From positions 8,809,611-8,871,610 of the forward strand of contig NC_057751.1 in assembly GCF_004010195.1 (NCBI RefSeq): a DNA stretch of 62,000 bases, in the 5' to 3' direction. The notes beneath the pieces are model-generated. The model saw only the letters and a program-made list of their open reading frames with translations, did not search any database and was not told where the DNA came from. Position numbers and translations under genes: made by a program. This DNA is from Chiloscyllium plagiosum (lineage: Eukaryota). Shown piece by piece: positions 1 through 12,222 of this stretch (the stretch's first letter is position 1; every line of letters starts with the position of its first letter).

Positions 1-876
1 CATCGCTTATTTTTAAATGGAAAAGCAAATATGAAAACATAAGACATCTTTGTCATGGCAAGACGACAACAACAGGAACATGAAATTCATCTCTCCTTCT
101 TATTCCTGACAATCAGAAACATCAAATAACATGCAACTTAAACATTATAATCACTGCATCACAGCAGGCAATTAAATCAATGCCCCAGCATCACCACAAA
201 AATGCATACAAATTATGCAAGGTTCACAAGCAGCAGATCCAGAAAAAGACTCCAAAGATGTCATCATGCCGAACACAGCAGGAATCATTCTACAGCAAGA
301 AAGCTGTAAACCCCACTCAAAAGCATTCAGGTTAATGGTCAGTTAATCTGTTTTTATTTTGGCTAACTTTAGACAAGATGGCACAGAGTTGCAATGATCT
401 CCGCAAGATGATTGTGGGCACCGCTTCAACAACCTTTATGGAGTTTAACAGACATCTTGGCTCAAAAAGGGACAGAAATACATGACCCATGTATTACAAT
501 CTTATACTCAGTTATGAGCACTTCACATAGGTAGCGACTCCACTCCTTGAACTTGTGTCATTTGTTCATTAACATAATACAACAAAAACGGTGTGTCCTC
601 ACTGAATCCTGTGGTATTTGACAAAAACCTGGCAGAACTAACTGCACTCTGAATATATAAACTCCAACAAAGGTATAAATTATCCAAGCCAAACTGCTGA
701 AAAGCTTCAAAAGTTTGATCTGCATTCTTCAATACAAACTTCAATACATGCTTCAGATGGCAGTACACAGTTTTACTGCTGAGTGAAAGACATTCCAAAA
801 GCTGAAGGTGGCAGATTTCTTATCCAATGGAAGGTCATCAGACAACCAGGTAGCTTCCAACACCCTTATTTTCAAG

Positions 877-1636
877 TGTACTATGGACCAAACCCCCTGA
901 AAATAAGAAGATAGCCGAGAGCCTAACTTGTTCTTATTTTAAAGGCAAGCATTCCAGATGCAATTTGATTGGTCAAACTATCAGTCTTACCACTTCTTTG
1001 ATACAAATTGCTGGTAAAGCTCAGCAGGTCTAGCAGCATCTGTGGTCAGAAATCAGATAACATTTCGGATCAGAGGAAGAGTCACTCGACCCAAAACGTT
1101 AAGTCTGATTTCTCTCCAAGATGCTGCTGAGTTTTTCCAGCAATTGCTGCTTTTGTTTGTAATTCACAGCATTTGCAGTTCTAGCAGTTCTTACACTTTC
1201 TTTATATACTATAGCAAAAATACAACAAAGATGAAAATAGAATAACTTAACACAAAAATAGATGCGCCAATGTAGTCACATCCCATAAACATACCCTTGG
1301 CAAAGGCAAATTCAGTCAACTAGATTGCCTCACATGCAATCCTCCAGTCCAGGAGGAAAAAGATCAAGAGAAAACTCCGATAGTGTGTGCTGCAGGTCAA
1401 TGTACTGCAGCAACTATGATTGAAAAATGAAAACTAAAAGCCCTGGTTCTATGGGAGCTACATTGCAGCCATCCAGGCTGCTTCTATTGTTCTTTAAATA
1501 GACTTTATATAAAACCCCAACGCCCTGACAAGCCACTTACTTTTTTGGATTCAAATTGACAGCTCAGCACCAATGCCCGGAAACATCAAGAAAAATCAGC
1601 ACAAAATATACCTCTTAAGCCCATAGTATTATCACA
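877..1636. mobile_element. Solo LTR-like element (interrupted by a Penelope-derived mini-element at ~1005-1190)
   Basis: Inverted near-terminal tactatgg/ccatagta, CA end, agtg at both edges. Internal blocks match 18705-19329 in the opposite orientation. Confidence 0.5.
1005..1190 (+). mobile_element. Palindromic Penelope-derived mini-element with degenerate hammerhead motif
   Basis: Inverted arms (ttgctgg..ctcagcag..gcagcatct / agatgctgctgag..ccagcaa). The segment cagaggaagagtcactcgacccaaaacgtt is a decayed CTGANGA-A-stemII-GAAAC-GTT. Confidence 0.55.
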
Positions 1637-2347
1637 AGTGGTGTGACTTATTTAAGGTGCATACAATCCAATGTGCCCTTGCTTAAGATTGCACAGACAG
1701 CAGTAATGAGGGCAATACTTGGTGTTTTCCCCTAATTTAATAAGGGTGACTATAAAATAAGGAAAACTAAAGACCAGGTTTCGTGATTCTCAAAGTTCTC
1801 AATCAATTCACAGAAAACTAACTTCAAATCACAACAATAACTAAGCTCACCGAACAATGCACTGAAGCTCCTCTTTGCACCAACTTCTCGTTTCATGGCA
1901 CAATTATCAAGCTAATAAAAAAATTAGCACAAGTGATCCACATACAGTTTTTTCACTTCACCAAAGTAGATGAGGCAAAGCATTAGCGTATGAAATGAGA
2001 ATACTGCATATATTCCTTCTCTACCAATATCTCAGACTCCCTTGCTGCCAGGTAAGCAGTGAAAATCAGAGGTTCAGTGCTTCAAAGGCCTATGATGTGC
2101 GTAAATCACCACAAGTTATCTGGCATTAGGCTAATCATTCAGAAACCTCACTGACAATCAAGTCGTGAAAACAACTATTTAAAGCAAAATAAGACCCCTC
2201 AAATAAGCATGTTAAGCCTCACACCTCAACTTGGCTACTGCCTCATGAATGGTGGAATCTAGCGAGGACTCCAACCAACAGTGTCAATCTCTGGAAGGGT
2301 CCAGGGTTCAATCCTTTTGCACTGTTTGTTACAGGGTCATTGAGCCA

Positions 2348-3045
2348 GAGTCATACAGCAGAGAATCAGATCCTTCAGGACAACTATTTCATGCTAACCA
2401 CAATCCCAAATTAAACTAATCCCACCTGTCTTCACTTGGCATATATCCGTCCGAACATGTCTTATTCACATACTTAGCAACTGTCTTTTAAATGTTCCAA
2501 CTGTACCTGCATCCTCCAGTTCGTCTGCAAGTTCATCGCACACATCAATCACTGGCTAAACAAAGTGCCCCTCATCGAGTTTTTTTTTATACTTTCTCCT
2601 CTCACCTTGAAAAAAATGCCCCCTTGTCATGAATTCCCACACCATGAGGACAAGACACCTGCCATTCATATCGTCTATACTCCTCATATTTTTATAAACC
2701 TTGGTAAGGTCACCCCTCAACCTCCTATTCTCCAGGGACAAAGTCCCAACCTACCCAGCCTCTGCTGATGACACACCATTGCTGACAATATTCTGATAAA
2801 ATCTTTTCTGAAAGCTCTCCAGCTTAATAATTGCCTTCCTCTAAAAGAGAAACCAGAACTGGACACAGTATGCTAAAAGAGGCCTCACCAACACCATGTA
2901 CAACTCCAATACTCAAAAGGTCTGAGCAATAAAGACAAACATGTTAAAGTTAGAACTATCCTAACTACACATGCCGCAAACTCCGAAGAATTATGTACAT
3001 GAACCCCTAGGTTTCCATTCTACAGTACAACCAAAAGCCCCACTT
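2348..3045 (-). mobile_element. CR1 LINE 3' fragment
   Basis: SLENRRLRGDLTKVYK is the CR1 ORF2 C-terminal motif. The 3' UTR is shared with other copies in the window. Confidence 0.85.
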
Positions 3046-5528
3046 TTAACTGGATAAGTTATACAGTCGTTCTTCCAAGTTCTACTGTTAACTTGTTCTG
3101 GTGTTGGATTCTTATAGAAATTTCTCTCTTTCAAGCTGGTGGTGAAACGTTAATGATTGTTCCATCAATTCCTTAATCCCCAGCATCCATTAGACTCTGG
3201 CCATCTCAAATTTCCCTTATCAAAAATAGTTCCCCTGTTCCTTGTTTTTTTGGGGTTAGCTATCTGTTTAAAAACTTAGTTTTCCTGCCATTAACCGCCT
3301 TACTTCAAGATATTACTTCAGCAGGCAAACTTAACTGTCCATTTGTCATGAGTTGGCGGTTATGGAGCAATCATTTTCTCTCTCTGAGGAAACAAATTGT
3401 TTATGTCCCTTTTTCCCAGCGGTGGTTAATTCATATGTTGCTTTTAATTCTCTTGTAACAGTTGCTCCTTGTCCAGTGATCTCAAGAAACATGTTAACTC
3501 TATAAAGAGTTGTTGATGATTGCTTCAAATCAGTGGTTATTCAAGTTGTGAAGTTTAGATTAAACCTGCACCAGGTTAAAATTAAGATGTGACAAAGTAG
3601 ACTAACTTACCACTAAGGAACAAATAAAATTTTCACTGAATGATAAGATCCACTAAGTAGAAGCTCTTTTCCATAAAAATAAAACTGTTGTGAAGACTAA
3701 TTATGTGGATTTTGTGGACTGATACTTCAAAACTATGTAACATGTCAAAAAAGCTCAACAATGCTTTTTTTGATATATTGTTAAACACTTTTGTCACTTG
3801 TGCCCGAATTTAGAAGCAACAATTTCAATAAACTGGCTATATTATTGTCAGAAACCCATTGAACAACTGTGCAAGTTTGCACAAGGTTTTTTTCAAATGT
3901 GTTTCAAGGAGCGCGATCTGCATTGGAGTTGGATCTGGTGGAGGTGTGATGAGAAGAGCAAGGAAAGGTTGGCGGCAGTCAAGCATGATGGCAGTGGTCG
4001 TCTACGGCAGCAGAGGATACAGTGTAGTGCGGGGAAGGTGAACCAAAGTTCATTTCCTGACCAAAAACTACCTTGCCAATTGCAGCATTCAACTTCTATT
4101 CTTCACCAGTAAACGCTTCATTTCGGCAATGATCCCACAGCAACAAGCCAGTTGCAAATGCTTGCCTGCACCCATTACTGTCTCGGTAAGCTGAGGAATT
4201 ATAAGTAAATTTGAGAGATGCTCAGAGCCATTTAACATGAAAATAATGGGATGTTTTCCACCACCCCCCCTAAGTTTCACTAACATAGCTGTGGGCAATT
4301 TCACTTATCTTTTCACAAAAGATCGTAACACTCAGGATTGGACTCAAATTTAATGAAAACAAAAGCAGCAAAAACACTGTCAAGACTTGGAACAGATTTT
4401 AGCCCCCAAGTGGTTTCCAATTGCCATCCAAATTATTCGAAAGCAAGTGCTCACTGCATTACAGCTCACAAAACATCAAAGGGAGTTGTTCAAACAGCAG
4501 CCGATGAACAAACCACAAGCATAAAATAATTCAGATCTGGCTTGACAGACCTGATCCATCGGTAGTCAGCGAGGAAATTCTCAGCACAACTTATCAAAAG
4601 AATCCACATACACCTAGATCAAAGATGTATCATGATGTGGAACAAGTTCACAATAGCCTGAAATGAATTTGAGTTCAATGACGCGATTTGTTCAGTCACA
4701 GAACAACTGGTCTTTGTGCTTTTGGCTCAACACAGGGCATTTTCGTTTGTTATGCATTTACCCTCAGATCCAAATTCTCATCAACACCAAAAGCAAAGAA
4801 CACAAACAGATACACACCTCTGGTCAGAATACGATGAAGATAAACCTTCATGATCAAATGACTCACTGATGTTGGCTGGGCTCATATGTACACAAGAATA
4901 GACAAATAAATGAAAGAAAACAATAAAGTCTTGCCTGTGGAAGTGGACACTACCAAAGGCAACAGACAAAGAAGAAAACAGCAAGAATTTGTTTACATTT
5001 CAAAAAGGAATACATTTGTCCTAATGAAGTGCTCTTGATCCCATCAGGACTATAATTTTCCGGTAAAGAAGAAAAATGTTCAAGGCAGATTTTTTTTACA
5101 AATATTCTTGAACTGACAAATTTTGGTTTCCATCTCTTGGCTTTGTAGCTATCATGTGAACTTGACCTAAGTGCAGTTAAGTAGATGTCATTTGAGAACA
5201 ATGCATACTTCACAGGCTATTGGCTCCACTGTCAAAGCCTTCACATAAAAGGATTCACTAGATTTAAGTTTAAGAGCAGCAGTTAGGGGTAGTATCCCAG
5301 ACGGCATGTAAGGATGTAAACTATTTACACATTAAACTGCTGTATGTGTTTCTTTAAGTGAGCTGCTCGGCGAGGGGAACCCTTTGGGGAAAACTGAACT
5401 TGACAGGTGTTTAAACTGACGATGTGTTGACTTGTAACAGAAGCAACTTAACTGCGCTGTTGGAGAGCAGCACTGCCAGTCCAACTGTTCTGACAAGAGG
5501 ATAAAAAACTGACAAACGATTAACTTAC

Positions 5529-5694
5529 CATTTGTCGAGAGCAGGAACTGTGCAGCATTTTGTTGGGGTAACCATCTTATTTTATTGATCTTTTCCTCAA
5601 TTTCTAAACTTTTCAAATAGTCAAACTCAGGCTCATGGCTCTGAAAAGTACTGTAAACATTATATTCACCTCTGCAATGAGGCTGACTTTTGTT
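5529..5694 (-). CDS. PPP2R2A: PP2A B55-alpha regulatory subunit, next internal coding exon (166 nt), [55 protein letters not shown]
   Basis: Contains the B55 signature [23 protein letters not shown]. Acceptor ttgcag|AAC (phase 0, compatible with the preceding exon) and donor AAT G|gtaagtt (phase 1). Confidence 0.95.
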
Positions 5695-6592
5695 CTGCAA
5701 GAAATAACAGAATATATGAGAATATTATTCAAAACATGATTTGAAGAAAACAGGATGGGAAAATCAAACTAGAATGTTTACACAATTTTTAAAAATTTGG
5801 TGGGACCTCTTGTGTGCTGAATTTGCTGACAGATATTCACAACACTTGATTCAGCTGGTTTCAGATCTCCCAGTACAACTAAATGATCAACAGGTTCTCT
5901 TAATAAATACTGCTTCGCAAAGCAAAAATCATGCACTACAATATCATTGGGAAATTCTATGCAGTCTTCTTTTATACCAGTTCACAGAGCAGCGAAGTGT
6001 TTTCATTAGATGAAAAAAGCTTCAACGTAAAGTTATCAATAGCCCTTTTGAGACTCGGATAATTTTTTTCTTCTCTGTCCGACACGAGGAAATAGAATTC
6101 TGATTCTAAATCGGATTTATGCACATGTCACACATGAAACCATGTCTTTTGCTCACAATGCTACTCAGATGTAATAGAAGCTTCAAAGAAGCGTGAAACT
6201 CGCAGACTGGAGATCTACCCTGCTGCCTCCTGGCATAGTCTGACACAAGAGCAGAACAATAAACAAATTGATGCTACACTTAATTCACTGAGAACATACT
6301 TGCTGACATCATCACTGATAGCCTGTTGCACCAAGGTTCTCTTAGATATGCAACAAGTAGCTTTTTGTACTGAGAAAGGACACAAAGGGAAAACAGAATT
6401 AAAAAAAAAACAAATAATGTCAAAAATAAAGCATCAAATTTACAAAAGTAAAAAACAAGTTCAGGTAGCTGAAAAGCTTAAAATTAGTCAAGGAGAAACA
6501 GAAATCACAGTGGAAAGGAACATATTGACAGATCACTTCAAACTTAAATTACATACAAGAAAAGACAACAGAGGTTTGGATAAAGAGTTCAC

Positions 6593-7150
6593 TGACCAAG
6601 CGTGTGAGGTGGAAAATGATGAGGAATGGGTTAAAGACATGAAAGACAGTTATCAGGTTTAGATAAGGACAGGTGATGGGCACGTGACCAAACATTCGGG
6701 GACACTTTAGCAATTAACGTCATCACCCGAGTCAGTATGAACGTTCACAATGGCAGTTTTTTGTCATCGCAACTAGATCAAAAAAATCAATAATGCGATT
6801 AAACAATCACGGTCAGCAGAAGGCTAACATATGTTTACCACAAACACGGCAGGAATGTGATCAGGACATCATGTTCATCAGCAGATGTTTGACTGACATG
6901 TTGACTGTGTAAAAACTGTTGAAATACTGAAGATTGAGAGTGCCACTTTGGAGTAGTCGAGGGAGCGCTAGGTTGCTAAGTGCCGGTACCGCTACTCTGC
7001 TGAGATTTTAGAACCTCTGCTTCGACTCGGGCTCGGTGTCTTGCTACTCTGTAACTGTGTATTAAATAGTGAGTGTTTAAATCAATGTACTAAACCTTTA
7101 ATGGACTGTTTTTAAGAATTTTATTCCAGACAATTGAACGATCTCGGACA
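6593..7150 (+). mobile_element. Probable solo LTR
   Basis: TG...CA ends with imperfect inverted termini (tgaccaag / ctcggaca), CpG-rich against a CpG-poor background, and an ATTAAA signal near the 3' third. TSD not clean. Confidence 0.4.
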
Positions 7151-8719
7151 AAGTTCTGTCAAAAGCCTAAGGCCGTGGGTTTGGGTGGGATGACCGTTTT
7201 TACTCATCTGCGTGACTTCTCTTAATTCACACTTGAAATTTAACTGCTTGCTGCACAAGAGGATTAATTTTCAGTCCATCTGGATCTAGATGCAATCAAC
7301 ACACCAAGAAACATGGGAAGAGCAACATAAATTTCTTTTACAAAATACATAAATGAAGTGACTCAACCTTCTCTACAATTGAGGGAAAGGAGACTACAAG
7401 TTCATACACCCAATCATTTTCTATTTATTTGCAGGTACTGAACAAAACATGTTTCACTTGTGCAGTGGGTATCATTTGGGTGAAGAAATCCATACTTGAG
7501 ACAAGTACAGCAGTTCCATCTGCGAATGCACTCTCATTATCACTTCAGCTTCACACCCACTCATCAGCACTGAATTAGTTTTCAATCTTGTCTATAAAAT
7601 TGGGTGAAATTGCATGGAACATGTTGGAAATTAGCCTTCACAATTTACTTTTCTAAGTGAGTCAATATGGATCAAATGCAGAGGGAAATAATGTTGGACA
7701 ATTTTGATCATCTGCCAATAAGCGCATGGATGATGATAGGATAGTGTAAGAGATCGAGCTGAGATTAGTTCACAGGTCGGTGCAACACTGAGGGCTGTAG
7801 GGCCTATTCTGCGCTGTCTTGTTCTATGTTCAATAAACTGGTTCAACAGAAATAAACTTGGAAAATGCAAACCAGTTGTACAGCATATCCTCTGTTACCA
7901 TTATACAAGAGGAATTAGAACCGAGTCCTGATTTTAACTAATGACAGCAGGTAAACTGAGCAGAGAAGTCCACTGTCAGGATTCAGTAAGATAGCTATCA
8001 ATGAAAAATAACTCAATAATGACTAAGACACAAGACAAGGAACAAAGTATGAGTTTGGAAACACCTCATGTGATGAGACGGAATAAGCCATTATAAATGC
8101 AAAAACTAGCAAATAACAGTAACCATGACAAATTGATAGATGATTTAAAAGAGCAATCAATTCCAAGTAATATGAACAAACCATGGTGGGTTATTTCCAG
8201 TCTGAGATGTGCACCTGATATTTACCTTACACAGAACCTTGCTAAGACCACACTCGAAATGCATGTGCTCTTTGATATCGCAGCCGAAGTATAGCAGCAA
8301 TAAAAACATTCATAACAATATTCCAAGAACTAAAACAACAAGACTTTTTGGAAGGCCTGAACACCTTAAGACACTTCCTTCTTGTTAAAACATTTTGGAG
8401 GTGAACTAATCAAGGTTGCTCAAATTGTGAAGTTCAATGGAGTCAAAATAGGCATTACCAAACAAATCTACTGAGCAATTCAGAAGTAATGTCTTTCATT
8501 AGAGTGCTGACCATGAAAGGCACTAATATATGGAGGAATTTGAAATGGTTAACATCCATTGATATAAGGTAAGCCAGGTAGGTACACAAGAAAAGCAAAC
8601 AAAACTTATAGGTCCAAAATGAACTGAGCACAGCGGGGACATGTGGAACATAAATCTCAGTATAACATTTGATCTATGCTCTAAACACCATCTATCAAGC
8701 ATAAAATTTCCCTCGTCTA

Positions 8720-9805
8720 TTGTTCCAAACATACCAAAATAAGCAAGGCAAATCGGCGTTTACTGTGGAGAAGGACATGGAAGATATAGAATGTGGGGAA
8801 ATAGACGGTGACATCTTGAAAAATGTCCATGTTACAGTGGTAGTCATGCTGGATGTCTTCAAATGCATTAAGGCAGATAAATCCGCATTGTCTGCATGTG
8901 AACATAGATTAATCTAAGTTTGCAGATGACACCAAAATTGGACATGTAGTGGACAGCAAAGATGACTGCCTCAGAATACAACAGGATCTTGATCAGATGG
9001 ACCAACGGGCCGAGGCATGGCAGATGGAGTTTGCTTTAGATAAATTTGAAGAGCTGCATTTTGGAAAGGCAAATCAGGGATTGCCTAAAACATCTCATGA
9101 TAAGGGCATGGGGAGTGTTGCTGAACAAAGTGACCTTGGCGTGCAGGTACCTTGTTGCTTAAACGTGGAGTCACAGGTAGATAGGTTAGTGAAGGCGGCG
9201 TTTAGTATGCTTTCCTTTATTAATCAGAACATCGAGTATAGGAGTTGGGATGTCATGTTGCAGCTGTACAGGATATTAGTTAGGCCACTTTTGGAATAGC
9301 GTGTGCAATTGTGGTCTCCCTCTACCAAAAGGATGTTGTGAAACTTGGAAGAGTTCAGAAAAAGATTTACATGGATGTTGCCAGGGTTGGAAGATTTGAA
9401 CTACAGGGAGAGGCTGAATAGGCTGGGCCATTTTCCCTGGAGTCGGAAGCTGAAAGTTGACCTTATAGAGGTTTATAAAATCATGACGAGCATAGATAGG
9501 GGAAATAGGCAAGGTCTTTTCCCTGGGGGGCGAGTCCAGAACTAGAGGTTCTGGTTTAGGCTGAGAGGCGCAAGATTTAAAAGGGACCTGAGGAGCAACC
9601 TTTTCACAGAGAGTGCGGCATGCATGCCATGAGTTGGCACAATTACAACGTTTAAAAAACTTCTGGACGGGTATATGAATAGAAAGGTTTTAGAGGATAT
9701 GCATCAAGCACTGGCAAATGGGACTGGATTAATTTAGGATACCTGGTCGGCATGGACAAGTTGGACTGGAGGGTCTGTTTCCGTGCTGTATATCTCTAGG
9801 ACTCC
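8720..9805 (+). mobile_element. CR1 LINE, 5'-truncated and internally deleted
   Basis: KFADDTK, LRIQQDLDQM..W..WQMEF, QLYRILVRPLLE, LIEVYKIM motifs and the CR1 3' UTR. Confidence 0.92.
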
Positions 9806-9947
9806 CTAACTATACTGAATCAATAATTTATCATAAATACTCAAGGAAAGCCCATCTGCCACCAGCAAAATGCACATAAGGCTACTTCATACTTACTTCA
9901 CTTAATTATTTTCAAATGCATTTACGTACTGCAGAGATAATACTCAC

Positions 9948-10045
9948 CTCTTGCTCCTGCTGGAATATGACGACTCTACCTCCCTTGTCCCCAGTTGCGA
10001 GTAATTCTCCAGAGTGGTTGAATTCTACCGTGGAAATAATATCAG
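9948..10045 (-). CDS. PPP2R2A: PP2A B55-alpha regulatory subunit, internal coding exon (98 nt), (A)[32 protein letters not shown]
   Basis: Translation matches the B55 N-terminal WD40 region. Acceptor ttcacag|CT (AG at 10047-10046, phase 1) and donor GAG|gtgagta (GT at 9947-9946, phase 0). Residues NHSGEL and QQEQE favour the alpha paralogue over beta (NHTGEL/QREQE) or delta (NYSGDL/QREQE), comparing with sequences recalled from memory. Confidence 0.95.
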
Positions 10046-11513
10046 CTGTGAAGAATAAAAAGATTTCTTTAAAATTCAGTGGAAACCAAACAAATATTTC
10101 AAAAAAATTGAATTCCTCAAAACTGTTTCTCCCTTTGAGTAGCATACAACACTAAATAATACAATTTCAAAAAATGCATCATATCAAAAACCAACTTTTC
10201 AAATTTATTTGTCTAGAAACTTTTCCTGCAATGCTTCACAGCGATTGTCTTTGGGACCTGAAATCTTGATATATTGAAGGCAACATAAACATAATTCCAC
10301 TAATATTTGTATATAAATCATTATTGCTGCATTTGCAATTTAACAGTTATTTATCATGTCTAATATCTGAACTGGCAATCTAATATAAATCATTCTCAGA
10401 TTATCTTTTCAAGTCATGGAGAGTAGCTCATAGCTGTCATAAACACAGAGCAACCTGCACTTCACATCTTCCACATATTGAAGATCTTTTTATAGAAGAG
10501 GATGTCATCAACTCCAAATAAACTTCAATCAACAGAGCTTTTGTTTCCATCTCGACTCTGTCATTGAATTCTGATTCAGAAGGTCATAAATCCAACACCA
10601 CATTGCAGTCATCTGTCATAAAATGTCCCATCTGTGCAGTCATCAAACTAGGAAATTATAAACCAAGGGCCAGTCTGTTTTTTTTTCAGGTGAACTTAAA
10701 GCAGTGCCCTGGGACTTGGGAAGCATCTTCAATTGTATCGAATATATGTCCTTGAACCAACAATCGCCAATCAGGTTTTTCAATCGAGTTTGAGGGGCTT
10801 TGCTGCACAAACATTTCATCTTACCCATATCGACACAGGGACCATATTTCAAAAATAGATCGAGTTGTCAAACTTTCAGACTTGGAGACCTTGTGACAAG
10901 CACTACAGGAATGCAATTGTTTTGTGGAACATCACAGGACAGACAGGGATTTAATTTTTCAGCTCCACTGTGCTAGGGTTCAGAACTCCCTTGGATGCCA
11001 AAGAAACAAAAAGAACAAATTCAGCATTCTTGCAAACGAAATGCCATCATGATGCATAGAGACAAGGAACATGTCTCAATCAGAATCTAAGAGGGTTTCA
11101 GTTCCATTTGACAGCTTCAAGTGCTCAAAAGGGCCCAGGCCCATCAGAAGCATCCACAAAATTTACATAATACACTGCAACACCGGGCACAAAAGCATCA
11201 ATACCAATTAATTTAAACCACTGAAAAATCCAAATATTTGCCTATTTATAACCAATTATTCAGATTTATATTATTGAACTCAAACAAACAGATGTCAACC
11301 GCAGAGAACATCAAACCACAAAGAAGCAGAAGCCAAATCCTGGACAAGCGTACAGATGATGTACAAAGCATCTTATCTGGCCTTGCGACTCAGCAGAAAG
11401 CAAGCCCAGCAACTCCCCTCAAGTCAAAACAAGGTCCCTGGCCACCCTCAGCCCTCCGTCTTTTCCTGCCCATCTTGAATTACGCAATGGTCGATTCGAA
11501 CCCAGCATGTTAG

Positions 11514-11876
11514 TTATTGAACTCCTAGAGATATTTAGCACAGAACAAGCCCTTTGGCCGAACCCATCCATTCTGACAAGGTTTCTTAAACTAAAAAGAG
11601 TTCATTTGCCTGCGCTTGGCTCATATTCCTCGAAACCTCTCCTATTCAAGTATCTGTACAAATGTCTTTTCAATCGTCCAACTGTATCTGCATCAACCAC
11701 TTCTTCAGGCAGTTCACTCCACATACACATCACGTGTTCAGAAGTTGCACCTCAGGTCAGTCTGAAATCTTTCTCATTTCACCTTAAACCTGTACTCTCT
11801 TGTTTTGGACTCTCCTACCCTGGCAGGAGACAATGGCTCTTGACCTTATCTCTGACCCTCCTGACTTTATAAATGT
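11514..11876 (-). mobile_element. CR1 LINE 3' end fragment
   Basis: Reverse complement of the 3' end and UTR seen at 9470-9805. Confidence 0.8.
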
Positions 11877-11959
11877 CTAATTTTCACATTTGTCCATGTT
11901 GTTCCTAATTGTGCACTTGGTAAAAATAACTTGCTTGTAACAAAGACAACAAAAACAGT

Positions 11960-12070
11960 AAAAGCAGAACAACAAAGATGCTGGAAATCTAAATGAAAAC
12001 AAAATTATAGGGGAAACCAAGCATGTCTGGCATCATCTCTGGAGAAAGAAACAGGCTTCACTTTTCAACT
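11960..12070 (-). mobile_element. Decayed Penelope-derived mini-element
   Basis: agatgctggaaatct...gcatgtctggcatcatctctggag resembles the reverse complement of the tail shared by the hammerhead-bearing elements. Confidence 0.4.
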
Positions 12071-12190
12071 GGAGTATGGTCTTCTCCCGAAGTGTGTGTT
12101 GGATTCCAACAGTCAAGAACAGAATTTGAAGCTGATATTCGGCAACAGCAGTGCGGGCATGATCAGTTAATACAAGAACTAAGACAAAGA

Positions 12191-12222
12191 AACCTTCAAA
12201 AGATACAACCTTCAAAAGATAC
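12191..12222. repeat. Perfect tandem duplication of a 16-mer (aaccttcaaaagatac)x2
   Basis: Seen directly. Confidence 0.9.

Noticed and set aside
3798..4112. 104-aa ORF in a G-rich patch
   Set aside because: Non-ATG start, no recognisable domain or splice context; possibly an old transposon fragment.
1..5528. Search for the next exon (DKTIKLWKISERDK...)
   Set aside because: Not found by eye or in the ORF track; probably lies left of the window.
11238..11513. 91-aa plus-strand ORF next to a CR1 end
   Set aside because: No recognisable homology, antisense to the host, and length within chance expectation.
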